A stretch of 64,000 bases of DNA from Thermoproteota archaeon (GTDB taxonomy: Archaea > Korarchaeota > Korarchaeia > Korarchaeales > Korarchaeaceae). The stretch is taken from positions 1 to 64,000 of the forward strand of contig JAOZGP010000005.1 of NCBI GenBank assembly GCA_027491735.1, read 5' to 3'. The position numbers and the translations under genes are program-made. Every line of letters begins with the position of its first letter. Position 1 is the first letter of the stretch. The notes below the pieces were generated by a model that worked only from the letters and a program-made list of their open reading frames with translations, had not been told where the DNA came from and did no database searches. Shown here in pieces: positions 9,823 to 19,513 of the stretch.

Positions 9823-10719
9823 ATGGAGGAGCTCGAAGGATATGCCAAAGTCGGAAGAGCTCTGGCGTTAATACTGAGTAAATGGTCCTCCGCCATTAGA
9901 GAGGGAGACTCCCTACTTCATGTAGCGGAGGAAATCGAGGGAGAGATCCGCGGTCTTGGTTTTAAACCAGCCTTTCCGGTTAACTTGTCGCTTAACGAGA
10001 TAGCAGCTCACTACACCCCTCCTCCGGAGGACTGCTCTGTTGTACAGGAGGGATCCCTCCTGAAGCTTGATGTGGGAGTGGAGTTTGAGGGGTACATAGC
10101 TGATGCTGCTAGAAGTGTTTATTTTGATGACAGGCATGAACGTATGGTGGAAGTAGCGCGTCAGGCCTTCGAAGCAGCCACCAAGCTGATGAGGCCAGGG
10201 ACTAGGATAAGAGAGGTGAGCAAAGCGATATACGAGACCATTAAGTCTGAAGGATTCATCCCGATCAGAAACCTAGCAGGACACAAGATAACGAAGTACA
10301 AGCTGCACTCAGGAGTTGACATACCTAACTCACCAACCCTGAGCTTTTACAAGATCAAGGAAGGAGATGTCTTCGCCATAGAACCGTTCGTCACTGATAG
10401 GGAGTGCTCTGGCTTGGTCAAGGATGAGAAGATCGCCTATATCTTCTCGTTCAAGAGATCCGTGAGGACCTCCTCGTCCTTGGAGAAGAGGATTCTCAGA
10501 ATAGCTGCTAAAGATTTCCATGGATTGCCATTCTGTGCTAGATGGCTCATCAGCTCAGTTAGCAGGAAGGGCCTTGACAGAGCCTTGAGTGGTCTGGTGA
10601 GGAAAGGCGGCATATACGCCTATCCTGTGCTTGTGGAGGTGAATTCCTGTACTGTAGCCCAGTACGAAAACACGGTTTTCGTCACAAACAATGGTCCCGT
10701 TGTCCTCACTGAACTTTAG
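9823..10719 (+). CDS. map: Type II methionine aminopeptidase
   Basis: AFPVNLS, AAHYTP, GYIADAA, AIEPF. Confidence 0.95.
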   Translation: MEELEGYAKVGRALALILSKWSSAIREGDSLLHVAEEIEGEIRGLGFKPAFPVNLSLNEIAAHYTPPPEDCSVVQEGSLLKLDVGVEFEGYIADAARSVYFDDRHERMVEVARQAFEAATKLMRPGTRIREVSKAIYETIKSEGFIPIRNLAGHKITKYKLHSGVDIPNSPTLSFYKIKEGDVFAIEPFVTDRECSGLVKDEKIAYIFSFKRSVRTSSSLEKRILRIAAKDFHGLPFCARWLISSVSRKGLDRALSGLVRKGGIYAYPVLVEVNSCTVAQYENTVFVTNNGPVVLTEL

Positions 10720-10731
10720 TGTGATGGAAAA

Positions 10732-11148
10732 ATGGTTAGGAAAGGTATTAGATCAGAAAGGTCCCTCCTGGACTTCTTATGGAGAAGTGGTATTGCCGCA
10801 TTGAGAGTGGCTGGAAGCGGATCCACGGGGCACCCGTCTTCTGATATAATCGCTGGATATCGTGGCAGAATTGTGATCATAGAGGTTAAAAGCACCAGAA
10901 AGGAAGTCATCTACTTGGATAACACAAGAGTGACGTCCTTAAGGATTCTGGCTGACAAGATCGGTGGCGATGCCTGGATAGCAGTCAGGTTCCTTCCGAG
11001 GAGAAAGTTCTTCTTCATAAGGTTGGAGGATTTAGAACCTGCAAGGAGGGGGTGGAAGATAAGCAGCGCGCTAGTCAACAGAAAGGGAGTAGATCAGTCC
11101 TCCTTTGTTCGAATTCTCCTGAAGGAGACATCCCAGATAGATGTTTAA
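10732..11148 (+). CDS. hjc: Holliday junction resolvase Hjc
   Basis: KG...ER, GSG, DIIA, IEVKST. Confidence 0.9.
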   Translation: MVRKGIRSERSLLDFLWRSGIAALRVAGSGSTGHPSSDIIAGYRGRIVIIEVKSTRKEVIYLDNTRVTSLRILADKIGGDAWIAVRFLPRRKFFFIRLEDLEPARRGWKISSALVNRKGVDQSSFVRILLKETSQIDV

Positions 11149-11154
11149 CGCTTA

Positions 11155-12234
11155 CTATACACCGCTCCAGAAAACTCTGTAGTTGAGTAATCTTGTGGCC
11201 GTTATAACGCTAACTACGAGCTCCTTTCTTACGCTGGAAGCTATTCTCCCAGCCCTTATGATGTCGACGGGACTCACCTTCTCAGTGAGTCTGCCCACCA
11301 GACATAGGTAGGGTGCGTGATCTATGCCGGGGCCTTCCCTGTATATCATGTAATGGACGCCGTACTTCGGAGCTGGTTTAACCACATATCCTAGGTCTCT
11401 CCAGTATGTGAACACCTTCATCTTGTCATCGAAGTCTCTCTTTATCTCCCTGCCCAACCTCTCCAGATCGTCGCTCTTGATGATGCCCCCAACAGGATCT
11501 TTTATCTCTAAGATGCCTTTTTTGTTCAGATACAGGGCTTCAAGGATATTCAGCTGGAGGGGCTCCTCAAATCTGGTTCCTGGGGGCACTTTTTTAAGTC
11601 CGACGGGATGTCCCCAGAAACCGCTCGAATAAAGTTCATTTGCTACATCCCTGTCCCAAACGAACACCCTGTCGTAGATCAGAGTTCCCTCTCCACTAAG
11701 CTCTGGTAGTGCTCGATTTATCTTCTCTGGTTCATAGAGGGATGCTGTATAATATATCACGTCGAGCCTGTCGTCCACAACAGCCAGCAAGAGCTCCTTT
11801 CTCAACCTTCTGGCTGTAACTAAAGCGTCTATCAATTTCCTGTGAGGAAGAACAACTTCTTCCTGAAGGGGAAGGACAAGCTGTCTTCCCGCTTTTTCCC
11901 CGATTCTAGCTCCAGGTGAGTAGACCCTCAGAAAAGGAGTTTTTCGCTCCTGAACAACGACTAGGGATTTATCTCGGAGATCGGAGTAGACTACGAACTT
12001 CAGAAAATTGTCCCTCTTCTCCGTCACCATCTTCTTCAGAAGTTCCCTGAAATCCACGTCCATCTCCAACAATCCCTTCCTCGTGAGATATGCCACCTCC
12101 ACAAGATCTAGCTCTAGTTCTCCTTCCCTGAGCTCGCCGTACCCCTTGCTGTAGAGTTTCTTTACATCTTTTCCCTTTAAGATCAAGTGCTTCCCTCTCC
12201 AAAAGACCTTTAGGCGCTCCATGACCTCCACCAC
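11155..12234 (-). CDS. endA: tRNA splicing endonuclease (two fused units)
   Basis: Two EndA repeats; KYG...Y..GPGIDHA and SVRK catalytic motifs in the C-terminal unit. Confidence 0.92.
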   Translation of the reverse strand: MVEVMERLKVFWRGKHLILKGKDVKKLYSKGYGELREGELELDLVEVAYLTRKGLLEMDVDFRELLKKMVTEKRDNFLKFVVYSDLRDKSLVVVQERKTPFLRVYSPGARIGEKAGRQLVLPLQEEVVLPHRKLIDALVTARRLRKELLLAVVDDRLDVIYYTASLYEPEKINRALPELSGEGTLIYDRVFVWDRDVANELYSSGFWGHPVGLKKVPPGTRFEEPLQLNILEALYLNKKGILEIKDPVGGIIKSDDLERLGREIKRDFDDKMKVFTYWRDLGYVVKPAPKYGVHYMIYREGPGIDHAPYLCLVGRLTEKVSPVDIIRAGRIASSVRKELVVSVITATRLLNYRVFWSGV

Positions 12235-12237
12235 AAC

Positions 12238-13170
12238 TCAAAGCTTGTTCTCCAACCCATCGAAAAGAGTCTCAAGGACATTTTTAGCGAACTCAGCACC
12301 TATTTCTGGATCTCTCCCAGCAGACACATGATCTACGAAGGTTTGTAGTTCCTCTAAGAGAGGTTCCTTGCGCCTCAGGATCGGCATGAACGTTCCTTCG
12401 TGTTTGTCCAGAACTAGCTGTTGATTTAGGTAATCCAGAACTGCACTTCCATGGGATCCAGTGAACCTCATCCTCCTCACTCCTATGGGAGTGAGCCAGT
12501 TTGAAATTATTATTCCGGATGCTGCTGCCCCGTCATTGAAGTTCAGAAGGAAAACGACTAGATCTTCATATCTATCCGAGCTCTTCTTCGACACATAGGC
12601 CCTGGACTGAGGCCTGCTCTCCAGGAGCCACATTTGTACGTAGAGTTCATGTATCGCTAGATCCAAGGATACTCCGATGTTCCACCTTAGATTCCTCTTG
12701 GGGACTCTTCCTATCCTCTCAGAGGAAAGGACAAGTGGTTCACCCAACTCCTCCTTCTGAATTCTCTCCTTAAGGGCTATGACAGCTGGATTGAAGAGTT
12801 CTATGAAGCCGGGCATGAAAATTGATCCTGTCGATTTTATCTTGGAGATGAGTTTAAAGAGCTCTTGTCTGCTGGTCGACAGAGGTTTCTCTAGAAGCAC
12901 TGCCGCACCAGAATCCATGGCCAGTATCGCAGTCTCGGTCAGGTGTTGAGGCGTCACAGCTATGCTTACGGCATCGAGGTCCTCCCTCCGTATCATCTTT
13001 TCGATGTCTGTATACGCTTTGACGTTATACCTTTTAGCCAAAGCTCTAGCAGCGGATGGGTTGATGTCAGCTACAGCAATTAGATCAGCTCCAGAGATCT
13101 CACGGAAAACCCTTGCATGAGCACTACCAAACCAACCACAGCCAATGACTCCTACTCTAACGCGCCTCAT
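12238..13170 (-). CDS. Gfo/Idh/MocA oxidoreductase
   Basis: GCGWFG, EKP, DLAIHE. Confidence 0.9.
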   Translation of the reverse strand: MRRVRVGVIGCGWFGSAHARVFREISGADLIAVADINPSAARALAKRYNVKAYTDIEKMIRREDLDAVSIAVTPQHLTETAILAMDSGAAVLLEKPLSTSRQELFKLISKIKSTGSIFMPGFIELFNPAVIALKERIQKEELGEPLVLSSERIGRVPKRNLRWNIGVSLDLAIHELYVQMWLLESRPQSRAYVSKKSSDRYEDLVVFLLNFNDGAAASGIIISNWLTPIGVRRMRFTGSHGSAVLDYLNQQLVLDKHEGTFMPILRRKEPLLEELQTFVDHVSAGRDPEIGAEFAKNVLETLFDGLENKL

Positions 13171-13238
13171 TGAATCAGCCTTACAGAAGGCGGAGGAACT
13201 TTTTTGTATTTAAGACTTTAAACTCATCGCGACTGTCC

Positions 13239-14093
13239 ATGAATCGGCAGCTTAGTGCTTATGTCGAGCTGACAAGACCGAAGAATGCAATAATGTCGAT
13301 GCTGGGGACTCTGGTTGGATGGCTTACTGTTAGCACCACCATGAACTGCAACCTCCTTCTGGCCATTATGGTCCCCCCTCTTGTGTTAGCAGGTGGCAAT
13401 GCCATAAACGACTACTTCGATGTGGACATAGATCTAGTCAACAGACCGCACAGGCCGATCCCAAGTGGAAGGATTAGTAGAAGAGATGCTCTTCAGGTTT
13501 ACGTAATCCTCTCAAGCTCTGGAGTCTGTATTTCGCTTTTATTAGGGTTTATTCAGTTTACATTAGCGTTTATCTTCTCTGTAGCTTGGTACGCATACGG
13601 AAGGTGGATCAAGAGAACAGGACTTCCGGGCAACATGCTGGTGAGCGCTGGAGTAGCGTGTACGCTCATCTTCGGTGGCGTAACGGCGGGGACGCCTAAC
13701 CTAAGGCTTGCTCTGTACACCTTGATAGCCTTCTCGGTCAACCTCATGAGGGAGATCGTGAAGGATGTGGAAGACATCCCTGGAGATTTAGCTGTCGGGC
13801 TAAGGACCTTGCCGATAAGAGCAGGATCCAGAAAAACGGGGGTTTTTCTCTTCGCTCTTGGCGTACTGTCCGCAGTTTTATCCCTTCTTCCCATCGTCTT
13901 GGGACTGGTGGGTCTCCTGTATAAGGCCATAATAGCCCCTGCCCTGATCCTGTTGGTCGCCTCGGCTATCTATGGTCTTCGGGTAAATCAAGAGTTCGCC
14001 GGTAAGTTGTCCGGTATGTTGAAGATAGCTATGCTGCTGGGACTGCTTGCAATGATGTCAGATCCCCTTGCCGCTGGTTTTATCTGGAGATGA
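13239..14093 (+). CDS. Digeranylgeranylglyceryl phosphate synthase (UbiA family)
   Basis: NDYFDVDID..NRP.RPIPSG, REIVKDVEDIPGD. Confidence 0.9.
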   Translation: MNRQLSAYVELTRPKNAIMSMLGTLVGWLTVSTTMNCNLLLAIMVPPLVLAGGNAINDYFDVDIDLVNRPHRPIPSGRISRRDALQVYVILSSSGVCISLLLGFIQFTLAFIFSVAWYAYGRWIKRTGLPGNMLVSAGVACTLIFGGVTAGTPNLRLALYTLIAFSVNLMREIVKDVEDIPGDLAVGLRTLPIRAGSRKTGVFLFALGVLSAVLSLLPIVLGLVGLLYKAIIAPALILLVASAIYGLRVNQEFAGKLSGMLKIAMLLGLLAMMSDPLAAGFIWR

Positions 14094-14105
14094 GAGGGCT
14101 TGACC

Positions 14106-14918
14106 TTACGAGATCTCCTTGTATATGCGGATCAGAATCGATTTTCTTTCTAACACGCCTAACAGCTCTCTTTTCTCACTGAGGACAGGTAGCGCTGGTT
14201 CTCTGGCTTCTATAAACTTGCTAATCGCAGATCCTATCCTTTCATCAGGACTTAATACCTGCAGGAGTTCGTTCATCACGTCATCGACCAAGATCCTCCT
14301 AACAAAAGTATCCTGATGTACAATCTCCCTCTCTGTTCGAACCCTGTAGAAGGCCCACGCCAATGCCCTTTCCGTGACAACTCCAAGAAAATTGTTGCCC
14401 TCCACGACAGGTAGAATCCTGGCCCCTGTTTTCAGCATTATGGATCTAGCATGAACTATCCTGCTTATGGGCATCACCTTCGGGTAGGTCGTCTTCATCA
14501 GATCCTTAACGAACATGAGGCGAGGTTTGAGATTTCTTACCATATCCGTCTCGGAAACAACGCCTATTGGAAGGCGTTCTTCATCTACGACTGGTAGAAA
14601 GCTGAAGTCGTTCTCTATCATGAGCTTCATAGCATTTGTAATGCTGTCTTTGCGGTTTACCACAACAGGAGGTTCACTCATCACAGCACTCACGTGAATC
14701 CTCGTCGCTGGTGTGTTCTTGAACCTGGATGATCCCAGGACATCCATGAGATCCCATGTCGAGAGAACGCCCACAACTTTTCCCTCATCATTTGTTATTA
14801 CCAGGTGAGCTATCCTCCTATTATCCATGATTTCCAGGGCCTCTCCTATGGGCCTATCCTTGACCACACATATGGCTGGACTGGTCATTACGGTCTCAAC
14901 TGGATCTTCTCCCCGCAA
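14106..14918 (-). CDS. CBS-domain protein (4 CBS)
   Basis: Repeated LPVV...GVV CBS motifs. Confidence 0.9.
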   Translation of the reverse strand: MRGEDPVETVMTSPAICVVKDRPIGEALEIMDNRRIAHLVITNDEGKVVGVLSTWDLMDVLGSSRFKNTPATRIHVSAVMSEPPVVVNRKDSITNAMKLMIENDFSFLPVVDEERLPIGVVSETDMVRNLKPRLMFVKDLMKTTYPKVMPISRIVHARSIMLKTGARILPVVEGNNFLGVVTERALAWAFYRVRTEREIVHQDTFVRRILVDDVMNELLQVLSPDERIGSAISKFIEAREPALPVLSEKRELLGVLERKSILIRIYKEIS

Positions 14919-15762
14919 GGTGGACCCCTCTCACCACGCCTCTTTTGGTTAGCACCCCGACCAACTTTTTATTTTCTACTACCGGAAGACCGGGAACGTT
15001 CCACTCTAGCAGCAATCTGCCGGCATTTGAGATATCCATCTCAGGGCTTAAAAAAACATCTACTTCATGAACGAGCTCTGAGACCCTTCCCTGCTTGACG
15101 TCTATGGAGATTCTACCTGATCTAGCATCGAGAACCTCGTACTTCCCAGAAGCTTCTAGCCCAAAGAAGATTATATTGCTCTCGCTGAGAATTCCAAGTG
15201 AATTGGGCAACCGAACCAAAAGCACTTCCTCCTTTCCTGCGTAAAGCAAGCGAGCTGCTTTCTTCAGTGGAGTACCCTCTCGGAGGACAACAGGTCGTTT
15301 CATGCAATTCCTGACCTTAACGATTCCCTTGATCTCGTCAACGACAGCCCTCAATATGTCCGTCTTGGTTAGAATTCCCACAAGTCTGTTGTCTGAGACG
15401 ACTGGAAGCGAGCTTATTCTTCTTGTGGTCATCTTGGCCGCTGCCTCGATGAGGAGATCATCTGTTCCTACGGTTATGGGATTGGGAGTCATCACTCTAT
15501 CTACCAAACGACTTTCCCACGACCTCCATCTCCAAGGAGTCCCTCCCTTGGACATAGCCCTGAGAACATCAGAGATAGAAACTATCCCCAGGAGCTCCTC
15601 GCACTCGCCAATCACTGGAAAGTGGTGAAACCGCCTTTCCAGCATCAAATTCTTAATATAACCCAAAGTATCATATGAATGTATGACCGTTACCGGGGAC
15701 GACATGTAGTCCCTAACCTTAATGCCTGAGAACATCCTATCAATCCCTCGTACACCTAACAA
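14896..15762 (-). CDS. CBS-domain protein (4 CBS)
   Basis: Repeated CBS motifs. Confidence 0.9.
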   Translation of the reverse strand: MLGVRGIDRMFSGIKVRDYMSSPVTVIHSYDTLGYIKNLMLERRFHHFPVIGECEELLGIVSISDVLRAMSKGGTPWRWRSWESRLVDRVMTPNPITVGTDDLLIEAAAKMTTRRISSLPVVSDNRLVGILTKTDILRAVVDEIKGIVKVRNCMKRPVVLREGTPLKKAARLLYAGKEEVLLVRLPNSLGILSESNIIFFGLEASGKYEVLDARSGRISIDVKQGRVSELVHEVDVFLSPEMDISNAGRLLLEWNVPGLPVVENKKLVGVLTKRGVVRGVHLAGRRSS

Positions 15763-15774
15763 GAAGCTGAAACC

Positions 15775-16266
15775 CTATACGAGGCCCCACCCAGGACGGC
15801 CTCTGGCCTGCCTTAGCTTTTCGGAGAGTATGAAGTATATGTGTGGAGCTATCTTTATTATGTCCCTAGCTGATATTATCCCGACCACTTCACCCTTGCT
15901 GTTCGTGACTATGAGTCTCCTTATCCCCTTCTCAACCATCTTCCTCGCAGCCTCCATCAATCCAGTGTTCTCTTTTACTGCTACCGGATCTCTGGTCATT
16001 ATCTCCTCGACTGAGACCGTATCAGGGGTTCTTCCAGGGAACTCGGCTACGTATCTCACTACAATATCTCTCTCAGTAACTATGCCAACCACCTTCCCGT
16101 TTTCTAGAACCACGACCGAACCTATGTTGTTCTCCCTCATCAACTCAGCTACATCCTTCACTGTAGCGTTAGTAGGAACTGAAATTATGTTTCGGGTCAT
16201 TACCTCCGATACAAAGAGGTTGAGATCATCTACGTCTCTCTTTCTGGGAGGAATAGGCGACAGCAT
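15775..16266 (-). CDS. CBS-domain protein (2 CBS)
   Basis: GIVTERDI, GIISARDI. Confidence 0.9.
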   Translation of the reverse strand: MLSPIPPRKRDVDDLNLFVSEVMTRNIISVPTNATVKDVAELMRENNIGSVVVLENGKVVGIVTERDIVVRYVAEFPGRTPDTVSVEEIMTRDPVAVKENTGLMEAARKMVEKGIRRLIVTNSKGEVVGIISARDIIKIAPHIYFILSEKLRQARGRPGWGLV

Positions 16267-16272
16267 GAGAAA

Positions 16273-18153
16273 CTACCCCAAGTCGAGGTGGAAGCCCCCG
16301 GGAGGTAGTGCCCTTGATAAACCTCTTAAACTTATGTTTATGAGGACACCCTTGGCCAGAGCCTCTTTCTCCATATGGTTTTTTATTCTCCTTATTGCCT
16401 CCTCCTTGGATATCTCTCCCGGACGAACCCTCACCTTGAAATTAAGACTGGCAGCTGCGGAGGGAGGCGCAGCCAGCAATAGATATTCTTCGTCTTCTAA
16501 TATCACTCCAACATCCAGCACAAGCTCAGCCTTCACGTAGTTCCTCTTCCCTTCGATGAAGAAGGAGCCTTTAGGTATGTACATGCCAGGAGGTGCGTGT
16601 TCCCTCACCTGGCTCCCGGTCACATAGTAGACATCTGCGTAGCTGAGCCTCTCCTTCCAAGCCCTAGAAAAGCTTGCAGCCGCTACAGCCGCTTCTTTAA
16701 TTGTGTTTGCTCCAGGAGATCTTCCCTCTGTCTTCACTAAGACCACTGCTCCTCCCGGAAGATCCACGTGGAAGAAGAGGTCGTCTTCTTTCAGATACTT
16801 CTTCACCAGAGTCCTGTTAGTCGCCTTGTCCCTTCCGATGACGACCAAAAAACCTTCAGAGGATCGGAACCACCGGAACTCTCTATACCAATTCTTCACA
16901 GCTTTGGGTCTGAGATATTTCCCCTTCTTCCTTGGAATGGATCCTTTAAGGGATTCTATGGTAACTCGGATGTTCTTCAGCTTGGACTCCAGTTTCTTGG
17001 CTACCTCGTATAATCTTTGAGCATTTTCGGAGGCCCTAATTGCGAAGTTAAGCTCGATGATCTCTCCTCCTATGGAAATTTTGGTTACCTTGTTCCTGTA
17101 GTCCACCTGAAGGCATTCTGCAGGCGATCTACCGGAGCGGATCTGCCTCAGGACCTCTTCCACATATCCTATATTTTGAAATATCGTGTTTGCTTTCCTT
17201 CTGTACTCTTCAGCCCTGAGTCGGTACGTCTCATACAGCTTCTCCTGCCGCTCTATTTCCTTCCTTGCCCTTTCTATGCCGGAGCGCTCCTCCTTATTTA
17301 TCTCAGATTTTAAGATATCTAGAAAATAATCGTCTAGTAGAGAGATGAAACTGGGATAAGACCTTCTATTTGTGCTCTCTACCGTGGAAAGCCTTATAAC
17401 TGAGAAGTCCGTGGGTGTGCCGTCGTCTGACAGATACATCGTCGGTTGGGGATCTTCAATTGAGTTTTTATGGATCAAAGAAACTGCTTCTGAGAGCCTC
17501 GATATCTGGTGCTCGCTCAATCTTGATAGCAGTTCTCTCGGATTCACGCCAGAGAGTGCTGCAACCTCGTCTATGTAGGGAGAGCCAAGGCCACAGAAGC
17601 TTGTAAGAAATCTCCAAACCTCCATGTCACCATCGAGCAAAACATTTCTCGGATCTAGTTCCACCTTCGGATTCGAGGGAAGCTTGTACTTCTCACCAGG
17701 AAGAATCCTTCGAGATCTAAAAACTCTCTTCTTCAGAGCTAACACTATTCTTTTCTCGTCGTCCACTAACAACAGGTTACCTCCGCCGAAAAGCTCTAGT
17801 ATCAGGTCAAACTCGCCGTTCCTACCCGAGAAAGATAGTCTCAGCACCCTTTCCATTCCTGGATGACTTATCTCAGTTAGTTTCGATCCCCTCAAGCGTT
17901 TTCTAACCGCCATTACGAATGGATGAGGGAGGGAGGGTCTAGGTATAGCTTCTCCGGTCATGAAGACGTAGGATTTGGAGAACACAAGCTCTCTCCTAAC
18001 TCCAAGCCCTGGGTAGAATGTTATCGAAAACGTCCCTTCTGCTAACCCATAGAAGTTCCTGACGATGCTCCCCTTCAGCGGTTCCATTTCACGTTTTAGA
18101 ACTTCGACCTCTAGGCCGACTAGTCCTGTTCTTCTGATCACCGATGACCCCAC
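16273..18153 (-). CDS. rqcH: Ribosome quality control protein Rqc2/RqcH (NEMF/NFACT)
   Basis: ELFGGGNLLL, WYREFRWF.SSEG, NFACT-R region. Confidence 0.9.
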   Translation of the reverse strand: MGSSVIRRTGLVGLEVEVLKREMEPLKGSIVRNFYGLAEGTFSITFYPGLGVRRELVFSKSYVFMTGEAIPRPSLPHPFVMAVRKRLRGSKLTEISHPGMERVLRLSFSGRNGEFDLILELFGGGNLLLVDDEKRIVLALKKRVFRSRRILPGEKYKLPSNPKVELDPRNVLLDGDMEVWRFLTSFCGLGSPYIDEVAALSGVNPRELLSRLSEHQISRLSEAVSLIHKNSIEDPQPTMYLSDDGTPTDFSVIRLSTVESTNRRSYPSFISLLDDYFLDILKSEINKEERSGIERARKEIERQEKLYETYRLRAEEYRRKANTIFQNIGYVEEVLRQIRSGRSPAECLQVDYRNKVTKISIGGEIIELNFAIRASENAQRLYEVAKKLESKLKNIRVTIESLKGSIPRKKGKYLRPKAVKNWYREFRWFRSSEGFLVVIGRDKATNRTLVKKYLKEDDLFFHVDLPGGAVVLVKTEGRSPGANTIKEAAVAAASFSRAWKERLSYADVYYVTGSQVREHAPPGMYIPKGSFFIEGKRNYVKAELVLDVGVILEDEEYLLLAAPPSAAASLNFKVRVRPGEISKEEAIRRIKNHMEKEALAKGVLINISLRGLSRALPPGGFHLDLG

Positions 18154-18194
18154 CCTTTTAATAGTAATTCATATGAGACCTATCTTGGTCGGAC

Positions 18195-19079
18195 ATGGAC
18201 ATCGTGAAGAAGGTGTTCCTGAGCAAGGTCGCCGTATTCTCGGTAGTAGGCGCTATAGTTGGAGTTCTGGGCATAGACTACCCCACAGGAATTTCGCTTA
18301 TCCTCTTCTTAACGATATTGGTTGGTTTCATTTTTATCTTAACGGGTAAAACGCAGGAATATCTATCGCTGGGAAAGGTTTACAGAGAAGGGGAAGGGAC
18401 AGCTATTCTAGGCTTTTTCTTGTTCTGGATACTGGCGATGAATCTGGTGAGTGGATGCAGCCCCTCAGTATATGTGGTGCATGCCTCAAAGACGGGAGCC
18501 TGGCCCATACAGGAAGTTAACGGGAAAATAGTCCACGAACTGAACCCACCTGGGTTCAATGCTTCATATGTCGTGCTCAAGGAGAAAACCACCTTGTTCC
18601 TATTCAAGAGCGAGGATGTGGTGGATATGTGGTTGGGATATCAGATGCCGATTCCTCCGAAAGGTGAACCCCTTAGAGTCAATTGCCTCAACTTCTCCAT
18701 TGAGAACGGAAGTGTGAGCTTCTCGTTCAATGCGAACGCCACTGAGGGAGGGAGTGAGATCATCAAGGGACCCATCAAGAAGGAGGGAACTCAGTTTTTA
18801 GTGAAGCTTGGGCAAAGTAGTGTTACCGTTCAGGAGAACTCATCCAACGAGATAAGATTAGGAAACTTCGTCTTAGAGGTATCTTCCAGAGGAGATTTGC
18901 TTATGTTTGAGTTAAGAGGAGTTCCCCTGAGCTCCGACCCTGTTGATCTCTCCTCTTACGGTCTGAACATCTTGGTGATGAAGGCCAACGGGACATTGTT
19001 CATATTCACGGATAAACCTTCCAGGATCAGCAGGACCGCGAGGGTCGACGATAAGTACATAGTGGTCCTTCCTTCCTAG
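18195..19079 (+). CDS. Membrane protein: N-terminal 3-TM (EMC6-like?) region plus soluble beta-rich domain
   Basis: Three hydrophobic segments ending FFLFWILAMN, then a hydrophilic domain with NxS/T sequons. Confidence 0.7.
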   Translation: MDIVKKVFLSKVAVFSVVGAIVGVLGIDYPTGISLILFLTILVGFIFILTGKTQEYLSLGKVYREGEGTAILGFFLFWILAMNLVSGCSPSVYVVHASKTGAWPIQEVNGKIVHELNPPGFNASYVVLKEKTTLFLFKSEDVVDMWLGYQMPIPPKGEPLRVNCLNFSIENGSVSFSFNANATEGGSEIIKGPIKKEGTQFLVKLGQSSVTVQENSSNEIRLGNFVLEVSSRGDLLMFELRGVPLSSDPVDLSSYGLNILVMKANGTLFIFTDKPSRISRTARVDDKYIVVLPS

Positions 19080-19090
19080 AAGGGACCTTT

Positions 19091-19510
19091 ATGTATGAGT
19101 ACATAGAGTTGGAGGGAGATGCCGGTTTTGTGATTAGGGCCAGGAGACTCGATTCCCTCTTCTCAAAGGCCTCCGAAGCCCTTTATAACATAATGGTGGA
19201 TATCTCCAAGGTCCATCCTGTCGAGGAGAGGTTCGTCGAGGTCTCAAGCGAGAGTCTAGACATATTGCTACATCACTGGCTGGAGGAGCTCCTCTTCCTA
19301 ACAGACACCGAGAACCTAGTCTTCTCGAAGTTTAACGTGGAGGTGTGCAAGGAGGAGATCCTGAAGGCCAGAGGGAAAGTACTGGGGGAGCCTATAGATC
19401 CGGTAAAGCACGACCTGAGGGTGGCTGTAAAGGCGATAACTTACCATAGACTCTACCTGAAGAAAAGGAATGATGGTACATGGGAAGCGGGAGTTATAGT
19501 GGACCTGTGA
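19091..19510 (+). CDS. Archease
   Basis: WLEELLFL, VKAITYH, VIVDL. Confidence 0.93.
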   Translation: MYEYIELEGDAGFVIRARRLDSLFSKASEALYNIMVDISKVHPVEERFVEVSSESLDILLHHWLEELLFLTDTENLVFSKFNVEVCKEEILKARGKVLGEPIDPVKHDLRVAVKAITYHRLYLKKRNDGTWEAGVIVDL

Positions 19511-19513
19511 ACT

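Noticed and set aside
15722-16540. Long antisense ORFs (also 34256-34972, 42112-42756, 56573-57475)
   Set aside because: Shadow frames of well-supported genes on the opposite strand
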